NCBI GenBank assembly: GCA_024626585.2
Contig: JANKJI020000002.1
Span: forward strand, 226,947,579 to 226,963,553
DNA from: Ginkgo biloba
Taxonomy: Eukaryota > Plantae > Ginkgophyta
Reading direction: 5' to 3'
DNA length: 15,975 bases
Part shown: positions 7,870 through 15,975 of the stretch, piece by piece
Numbering within the stretch: the first letter of the stretch is position 1
How the letters are laid out: each line of letters begins with the position of its first letter
The notes under the pieces: generated by a model
Told to the model about the DNA's origin: nothing
Database searches by the model: none
What the model saw: the letters and a program-made list of their open reading frames with translations, nothing else
Translations under genes and position numbers: made by a program

Positions 7870-9983
7870 ACAAAAATGGAATGAACGACAAATAATTCAA
7901 GTAAGAGTAACATTTTCAATAACAATGTAGATGGAAGAAATTATAATAATCTCAACAGTTTCAATAACAATGGTGGCGATTTCAATTAAAATAATCTTGG
8001 TAGTTTCAATAACAATGGTGGCAATGTCAATAACAATGGTAGCAGTTTCAATAATGGTAGCGAAAACTATAACTATGATGGAAAGTTTAATAATGGCAAA
8101 AATTTTAACAACAAAAGTTTTAACAAGGGAATTTTAACAATAGTGTGAATTTCAACATTGGTGACAATTTCAATAATAGTGGAATTTTAATGGCGGAAGT
8201 CATGGCAACAACTCAAATGATGGGAATTATAAAAGAGGACATAGCAATAACAACAGATGTAACAATTTCAATTGTGGACACCATGGAGGAACGACCTCGA
8301 TATATGTCCCAGTCGATAATTCATTATCACATCTAATATAGAATGTTTGCCATGACCCATTCGAACATTTGGTACTGTTCCTTGATGTCGCACTATGCCA
8401 CATAACCAATGAAGAAGAAATTAAGAGGATATTTTTTTCCACACTTTGCAACCAAGTCCTACTAATTTTTTAGCGTGTGAGACATCATTCATGGGCAATT
8501 GTTCAAGAACATCTCCTAGACATATTCCTGACTTTCCATGACCCTGCGATAGTATACAAGGCACTTAAAGAATTTAAACAGAGGTTTGGTGAAGCAGTGC
8601 AGAATTATGATGTAAGATTGCAAGTCCTGGTCTCCAAACATGATGGCCTCAATAAGATTGTGTTGATTGCGATGATGAATCACATTGTAGATAGGTTGTT
8701 GCTACCCTAACAAGAAAAACTACAGCATCATCCGATTGAAAGCAATGAGCAAGTACGACATCGGCTATGGCGTTTGAGAAACAAATGTGTGTGGACACGT
8801 TGAACCCACACCAACCAAACTGGCAATTGGAAGATTTTCCACTTGACTATATGCCATAGGCTTGTTGGAATATTACTAAGACAACCCCAAAAACTAAGGA
8901 GAATGATAAGATTGAGAAACTTCACACTGAAACCACCAAATTCAAACTTGACAAAGAAGAATCAGCATGAGGTGTGCCAAAGCCAAACAAAAACATGACC
9001 ATTGGTAGCTAGGAAGCCCAAAAGTGTACCAGTGGAAAACTCAAGAGTCTAATTTGCGAGAAAGATACACACGACACCAAAGGTTATTATTTGATTCCTT
9101 GCAATTGGTAGAATAAACTACATTGAGGACAAGGAAATAGAGGCAGTTATAGAGGAAACAATAATAATAACTACAATGTCAATTATCAAGGAGCTAATCA
9201 AAATGATTGTTTGGAGTGGGGACACATCCCGAGATTGCCTATATATGCAAATTAATAAGGGCGAGGTATGTAAGAACTGTGGACCAAAAGAATCACATGT
9301 TGGAGAACTGCAATGTAAAAGATAAGGGCGTAATGGTAGTAAGCAAAACCAAGGACAAAAAGCAAACTTACGATGTGAAGGTGTGCACCTCATTCAAAAA
9401 GAAACAAAGAATGCAAAGCAAATGAAGATGAATTTCTCAAATCTGAAAAAGGAGAAGGATCGTTTCCTCACCACTAGGGAAGCACTTGAAGCAGTGGATT
9501 ATGAAGCAAAAGCTAAGCAGGAAGAAGCAAGGAGTCTAGAGGAAGAAGAAAATAGGGTTTGAGCTAACAAGGCACAGGAGAAAATTGGGTGAATTAAGAA
9601 CAAACAAAAGGTTATAAAAGCCTACATCCACAAACAACCTAAAGAATCTATGACCATAGCACCATCCCAAACAGATAAAGAAACAACGTACACACCTAAG
9701 TAGAGACTAAGGTAGACATACTAACATTNNNNNNNNNNNNNNNNNNTTGACGAATGCTCAAAAGTTGGAAGTATTGAAGCAATTTGTCAATGATTTAAAG
9801 TTAAGCATCCTATTATCTGCCACTTTTCAACTATGGGAGCTTGAGCAATTGCAATAGATAACTAAAGTTGTTAAAAACAATGACGTGATGCATATATAAC
9901 GAATCTGCACAAATTTGGACCAAGACTACCATGCAATTATTATGTTACACTATTGATAAAGCTACCATGAATAGCGGATCCAT
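7870..9983 (+). mobile_element. Ty3/gypsy-like retrotransposon Gag-protease pseudogene, copy 1
   Basis: In order: an N/G/F-repeat segment (about 7890-8290); capsid HDPFEHLVLF..ITNEEEIKRIFFSTL..HSWAIVQEHLLDIF..ALKEFKQRFGEAVQNYDVRL (retrotransposon gag QxxxExVxxY motif); three eroded knuckles (about 9046-9087, 9208-9237, 9269-9311); an E/K/A coiled coil; and the protease start DKATMNSGS cut by the gap. Multiple stops and frameshifts. Confidence 0.85.
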
Positions 9984-10083
9984 NNNNNNNNNNNNNNNNN
10001 NNNNNNNNNNNNNNNNNNNNNNNNNNNNNNNNNNNNNNNNNNNNNNNNNNNNNNNNNNNNNNNNNNNNNNNNNNNNNNNNNNN

Positions 10084-12669
10084 ATCACTCATGGGCAGTC
10101 ATTCAAGAGCTTTTTCTAGATATATTCCAAACCTTTCACAACCCCACAATGGTCTATAAAGCATTAAAGGAGATTAAACATTGATTTGTTGAAATAATAC
10201 AAAATAATGATAGAATATTGCAAGTTTTGGCCTCCAAACTAGAAGGCCACAACATAGTCTTTCCAATCGCAATGATCAAAAACTTCATAGATGGATTATT
10301 GCCTCCTTACAAAGAAAAAATACAACATCATCCCATTGAAAGATATGAACAATTGCAACGTTTGGTGATGGCATTCAAGAAGAAGATGTACATGGACACA
10401 CCAAATCCACATCAACCCAACTAGTAGCTAGAGGATTTCCCACACCTGATTTTGAACTATAGGCCTATTGGAAAATGAATAACTTAGCACCTAAAACTAA
10501 GGAGAGCAACGAGATTGAAAATTTGGACTCAAGATTGCCAAATTAAAGTTGGAGAAAGAAGAATCAACACAAGACCATGCGTCAGAGTTGAAGGAGAGTA
10601 ACAAGACCAATGGCAACAAGACAACTACAGAAAAATAGAATAATACCATAAGCAAACTTTGGTGCTTAATTTGTGAAAAGAATACCCATGACACTAAAGA
10701 TTGTTACATGATCCCTTGTAATCTCCAAAATAATCCATACAGAGGATGTGGAAATAGAGGAGGTTATAGAGGCAACAACAATAATAACAACAATTTGAAT
10801 ACCGAGGATCGAATTAGTATGATGAGACTTCAACACTATGTTGCATGCATTGCCTGGAGTGGGGGCATATCCCTCGAGATTGTCCATATATACAAAATAA
10901 CAAGGGCTCCATGTGTAAAAATTGTGGGTCGAGAGATCACACATCACAAAACTACCCTCAAAAGCATGAAATTAGTAAGCAAAACTTTGGAAGACAAGCA
11001 AACTTATGATATAAATGTATATGCCCAAACTGTAAAGAAAGCAAAGAATGCAAAACAAAGAGAAAGGGAATTTTCGAATGCATAAAGGAGGAGAATAATC
11101 TCCTTGCTGGTAAAAAATCACTTGAAGCAACAAACTACAAAGCAAAATCCAAGCAAGAAGAAGACAAGAAACTCAACAAAGAGGTAGAAAGACTTCAAGC
11201 TGAAATGGCTCAAGAAGAAATTAAGAGAATTAGAAGCAAATAAAAGGTCATGAATGTTTATTTTTGTAAGCAATGTAAGGATTCCATGACCACAACACCT
11301 AGTGCAGATGACGAAGAAACACATGCAACTATGAAGACTATTCCATACGCATCAACATTCATGTTGGCTACCTTGAACAACACTCTAAAGTTGGAAGCAT
11401 TAAAATAGTTTGCTGACAATTTGAAATTAAGTTAATCATTATCCACCTTTTATAACTATATGAGCTAGAGAAATTACAACAAATAACTAAAGTTATTTAA
11501 AATAAAGATGTGATTGCAATTATTGGGGTACATTGTGGATAAAGCTATCATAAACGATGAATCTATACTTTAGTTAATTCTTGATAAAGCTTGAAAGCTC
11601 ATAAGAAGCCTAACCATGACGCCCATCCACTACACACTAACCATGGCCAATCAATCCCAAGTATAACCATTGGGAATAGTTGAGAATGTGCCAATCACAG
11701 TAGCCCTACAAGACTTTGCACTATTAAAGATGTTGGCAAAAGGCCAATCCTATCCTACATTGCTTAGACGCGAGTGGTTGCATGAAACTAGAGCAATACA
11801 AGATTGTCAGACATATGTGTTCACCTTACGATGAAACAACAAAAGCATGACATTATCAATGGTTGTAAATAGGCCAACCTTCGTCAAAGTAGAGGATGGT
11901 GCATCTAGCACTACAGTATCCTCTGAATCCACGATTAGTTCATACTTTGAATCAACATACCATTGCATTGCAAAAAATAAAGCACCAAAGCCTAATATTT
12001 AGGAAGAAATGGAGATTGATGCAAGTTCTAATGACAACTCTACATTCTTCATGGTGAACTAGTTACAAGAGGCATATGAGCTAAACCAACCTCCATGCTA
12101 TAGCATGAAAACAAATTATGCTATTTTGGTGGGAGAAGATACTGATAAGCCAAAGGATGAACAAATAATAAACCAGGATATTAACACTAACTTAACCAAG
12201 GAAAATCTCATGATGGACATCAAAATAATGAATCGTAAAACACTTTGCATGCTTATAACTCTAAACAATTCGTATTAAACAAATCAACAAACAGAAAATG
12301 TCACAACAAGCAACAAAGAACACATGATCTGATTCGCCAACTTGGGATGTCCACAATTCCAAACAGGCAGTTGCAAAAGGAGTGGGCAGATTGTAGTAGA
12401 GTTAGAATATTATAATATATAAGTAAATTTCACTAAAGTCTAGCAAAATCAAGAAGTAGCATTGGGTTGGACTAGATCTCATGAGGCACGTACTAGAAAA
12501 TGTGTTGCTAAACCATCAACAATTAGATAGCAGATTATTGCCTATCTTAGTGCAACGAATTTGTAGGAGGAAGCACCAGATTGAATCGCTTAGAGAGGAG
12601 ATCAATTGTATTATATACGTGTTGCGGTATGGTAATGGTCAAGTGATATACAAAAATCCATTTAAAAGA
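10084..12669 (+). mobile_element. Ty3/gypsy-like Gag-protease pseudogene, copy 2
   Basis: Capsid colinear with copy 1 (HSWAVIQELFLDIFQTFHNPTMVYKALKEIK...FIDGLLPPYKEKIQHHP). Knuckles CLICEKNTHDTKDC (10663-10704), CMHCLEWGHIPRDC (10842-10883) and CKNCGSRDHTSQNY (10914-10955). Protease KAIINDES...MANQSQV*PLGIVENVPITVA...YPTLLRREWLH (about 11540-11783). Then a decayed post-protease ORF and a non-coding tail. Confidence 0.88.
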
Positions 12670-12769
12670 NNNNNNNNNNNNNNNNNNNNNNNNNNNNNNN
12701 NNNNNNNNNNNNNNNNNNNNNNNNNNNNNNNNNNNNNNNNNNNNNNNNNNNNNNNNNNNNNNNNNNNNN

Positions 12770-14930
12770 AATCAGAATGGGAACCCTAAAGGTTAGAACC
12801 ACATCAACCAAACCTTGATAGTACATTGCATGTGTTACTTAGAGTGGGGGCATATCTCCCAAGAATGCCCATGCATGCAAAACAATAATGGGTTGGTATG
12901 TATAAAGTGTGGACTTAGAGACCACACATTGGAGAATTGCCCACAAAAGGATAATAGTGTAAAATTAGTAAGTTGCACAATGGATGCTAATCAAACATAT
13001 GATATCAATGTATGCACTTCATTGGGAAATGCAAAGCAAACCAATAGCAATGTTTCCCATCCCAAAGAGGAAAAGGTTCTGTTTCTCGTGGCTAAGGAGG
13101 CTGTAGAAGCAAGTGATCGTGAAGCAAAAGCAAAACAAGTAGAGGCCCAANNNNNNNNNNNNNNNNNNNNNNNNNNNNNNNNNNNNNNNNNNNNNNNNNN
13201 NNNAAAAGAATTAGATAATATTAAAAGCAAATTGAAAGTCACAAAAACATACATATGTAAACAACGAAAGGAGACCACTGTTGTAGGACTGACAAAAACA
13301 AATGAAGAAACACCCCTTGCACCAATTGTAGGCATGCCCGAAACAATAACATTTATGTTAGCTATCTTGATTGATGCCTAAAAGTTGGAGATTGTAAAAC
13401 AATTTGCCAATGATCTAAAGTTAAGTATCCCCTTGTCAACAGTCTTCCAACTTTGGGGGCTTGACCAACTACAACAATTGACACATAGAAGGGACAATAA
13501 AGACGAAGTTCTAGTTCATAGGAATCGGCATAACCTAGAACAATATTGTCACATTGTTATGCAATTACTTAGATAAACAATTGAGAGAACCTTGTTGACA
13601 ACGCTTCTACAGTAAATGTCATGTTAAAAACAACTTGCAAGGCCATTGGGAGGTCGGTGATGAAACCACCACATTACACATTTACTATGGTTGATCAATC
13701 TAGGGTTAGACTCTTGGGAACCATTGAGAACATTCCACTTACAATAGTAGGAATCATGGTACTTCAAGATTTCTCCATCTTACAAATGCTAACAAGAGGT
13801 TGATCATATCTTGCATTGTTAGGACATGAATGGCTCCATGAGAGGAGCCATTTAGGATTAATGGATCTATACATTCACATTACGACAAAACAAGAAAAGT
13901 GTAACCCTACTAATAGCGACAGATGGGCTAGTGTTTATTATGGTGGGAGATGGTGCATCAAGCATGACAATACCTTTAGAGGGCACAACCAATTCATATT
14001 TTGAATTTGCATATCATTACACAACCCAAAATGATGAAACTTGAGAACCTAAGATACGTGGCAAAATTAAGTTCGATAATAAATCATATGACAACTATAC
14101 ATAATGCTTTGGTCAATTGGTTGTAGGAAGCATATGAACTCAATAGACCATGATACCATGTATGTAGAAGCAACGATATTTCGTTCAAAGAAAATATGGA
14201 TAAACTCTAAGATAATGAAATAATAAACCTAGTAGTTAATAATGACCTAATCGAAGAAAAATTGACAAAGAAAGTCAAAGACATTACTCATCATAACACA
14301 TGGTACACTTATTAGTTAGAGCAAGTAGTGTTGTGCAAATCAACATATAGAAAATGTCATAAAAAGCAACAAAAAACTCATAAACTAATTTGCTAGTTAA
14401 GGAGGTGTGTAGTCCCAAACAAACAACAAATGATATAAATGAATTGGAAAGGAGATAGCTTATTTGTTGTAAAACCTCACAAATCAAGAGGAAGCCTGGG
14501 CTTACATTGGATCCCAATTAGTGCATATGGACAAATGAGTTGATGCATTGCCAGTAACTAGATAAAATATTGGTGATTTGGGAGAGTGGAAGAGACAAAA
14601 GATGGCACTGTAATAAAATCACTTTACAATTTTTTTCTGTATTGTAGATGTGTTGTGTTGTGGTATGGTATGGTATTTTACATAAAAAATATAGAAAAAA
14701 TCAGAAGATATAAAAAATCCATAAAAACTCAAAAATGACAAAAACCCATAAAAAGCAGAAAACATAAGAAATAAAATAGGTACAACAATCCAATTTATGA
14801 ATCCATGATGGCAAGGGCCAACTTTGCAACAATTTGGCCAAGTGCAATATGGTAATCTTTGTCAAAATGCAAAGCAATGACATAAGAATGATGGAGTGAC
14901 AAAAGGAAGGATGATTATACAACAAAATTA
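12770..14930 (+). mobile_element. Ty3/gypsy-like Gag-protease pseudogene, copy 3, with A-rich downstream tract
   Basis: ORF 12815..13381 has CMCYLEWGHISQEC and an intact CIKCGLRDHTLENC (12899-12940) plus the coiled coil. Protease LVDNASTVNVM (Asp codon 13597-13599)...MVDQSRVRLLGTIENIPLTIVG...LLGHEWLH (to about 13839). The post-protease region is colinear with copy 2. A-rich non-coding sequence starts at about 14680. Confidence 0.88.
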
Positions 14931-15975
14931 CCTATGTTTCCAAGTGCACGTCCCCAACAGGTAGGGTACTTGTACCCAGAACGGAGGTATGAGTATGGGA
15001 CGTACCCGAGTGCCGTCCCCACGAGGATGCACAGGCGTCTCTAGGGCAAGAGCCCAAAAAAAGAAAAAGAAATAGGATTTTTTTTTTTGGTTCTCAATGT
15101 TTGGACCCCACCTAACTTGCCAAAAGCCTATTTTGAAGAAAAACTGTGTGTTTCTTATTTTTTGAGTGAAAGAGAGGGTTGGCCGAAAAAAACACAGCAA
15201 GTTCATTTTGTGAGCTGAGCTGAGTTTTGTTTGTAGACAGCAAGGAGTTTTTGATCTAGTAATCTTCATTCTTCAGTGTTTTGTGAGGGGATGAAGGGGA
15301 GCCTAGTTTTTCATTCAAAGAGTAGAAAAGAAGCAAATTTCAAAGTTTTGAAGGGAAAAAACAATCAGAAAATTCTGATTTTTCCATCCTTTTGTTATTT
15401 TTTTTCCAAATTTCCTCCCACATTTTTTTTCAAATTTAATAATGACTTCTCGAAAGGAGGGTCACTATGGACATATATTGATATGTTGGAGAAAAAAAAG
15501 GGGAGACCAAAGTAATGAAATGCAACCAACCGGAATGTGGAAAGGAATTTCAAGGAAGTTATTCACAAGGGAAGGCACATTTCTTGTGCCTTTCATGTTT
15601 TGGGGTTAACATTTGCCAAAAATCTTCCAGAGACCCTAGTTTCAAAGACAGATGTGCTCAACTTCAACAAGCATATGATGGTGTCCCCCGTCAATCTCAA
15701 AGTCAAACTTCCTATGTTGGTGAGGAAATTGAATCCAACCCTTTTGTTGTTGGATCTTCTTTCTCCATTCCCAGTACTGTTGCACCTCAGAAGAGAGAAC
15801 ATGTTTCTTCCATTCATACCATGTTTGATGCAGGTAGTAGGGAGAACATTGACCTTGCCATTGCCAAGTTCTTCTGTGCATGTGGCATTCCATTCAATGT
15901 GGCCCGATCTCCATACTATGAGGAGATGATTCATGCAATAAACAATGGCCCAAAAGGATTCAAACCCCGAGGATA
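14931..15975 (+). mobile_element. hAT-superfamily DNA transposon, 5' end (runs off the window)
   Basis: Abrupt switch to GC-rich sequence at CCTATGTTTCC (candidate TIR). Subterminal GTCCCC/GTACCC/GGGTAC/GGGAC motifs at 14950-15020, followed by a transposase. The other TIR and the TSD are outside the window. Confidence 0.75.
15442..15975 (+). pseudogene. hAT transposase N-terminus (BED zinc finger + following domain), two -1 frameshifts, 3' truncated by the window edge
   Basis: MTSRKEG(fs)LWTYIDMLEKKKG(fs)ETKVMKCNQPECGKEFQGSYSQGKAHFLCLSCFGVNIC...MFDAGSRENIDLAIAKFFCACGIPFNVARSPYYEEMIHAINNGPKGFKPRG. The frame from 15515 is open to the window end. The W..C-x4-C..GSY...H...C BED finger and the GIPFNVARSPYY motif are typical of plant hAT transposases. 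Confidence 0.9.

Larger units (their letters stand above)
1037..12769. other. Four exactly-100-N scaffold gaps (1037-1136, 7350-7449, 9984-10083, 12670-12769) plus several other-sized gaps
   Basis: Counted from the sequence. 100 N is the usual convention for a gap of unknown size, so distances and adjacency across these gaps are unverified. Confidence 0.9.

Noticed and set aside
7955-8060. Regularly recurring TTTCAATAACAATGGT units as a CRISPR-like array
   Set aside because: Eukaryotic context, degenerate codon-phased units, no unique fixed-length spacers and no cas genes.
7931-8137. Hydrophobic SITMVA-repeat ORF resembling a membrane peptide
   Set aside because: Off-frame reading of the Asn/Gly-rich repeat. 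The N/G/F reading is the one that continues towards the capsid.
12375-12400. AAAAGGAGTGGGCAGAT-TGTAG resembling a PPT followed by a 3' LTR start
   Set aside because: Similarity to the internal region of copy 3 continues on both sides (for example AAATCAAGA..GC..TGGG), and copy 3 lacks this junction.
7870-14600. A domesticated tandem Gag gene cluster (Arc/PEG10-like host system)
   Set aside because: All three copies have numerous stops, frameshifts and mutated knuckle or catalytic-region residues. They are dead TE copies, and their linkage crosses unsized gaps.
15537-15934. ORFs 15537..15929(+), 15593..15934(-) and 15642..15893(-)
   Set aside because: Alternative-frame or antisense shadows of the hAT transposase frame that starts at 15515.

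Overview
Eukaryotic, AT-rich, gap-riddled draft sequence, most likely from a large-genome land plant (inferred from the plant-type snRNP exon and TE families). One host gene piece is visible: the terminal coding exon of a U2B''/U1A-family spliceosomal RRM protein on the minus strand (3042-3298). No upstream exon of that gene is recognisable in the window. The rest is a TE graveyard: two decayed LINE ORF2 fragments, an unassigned decayed minus-strand ORF, a possible LTR-like segment, and three diverged fragments of one Ty3/gypsy-like family. That family's composite layout is LTR end + degenerate PBS, Asn/Gly/Phe-repeat N-terminus, capsid, three CCHC knuckles, coiled coil, aspartic protease, and then no recognisable RT/RNase H/integrase. 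The window ends in the 5' end of a hAT DNA transposon with a BED-finger transposase that the ORF track missed. The most interesting candidate is the Gag-protease family: its copies diverged with many synonymous changes, and two of them pass from the post-protease ORF into the same non-coding tract with no RT. Caveat: the three copies are separated by exactly-100-N gaps, so their adjacency may be a scaffolding product.
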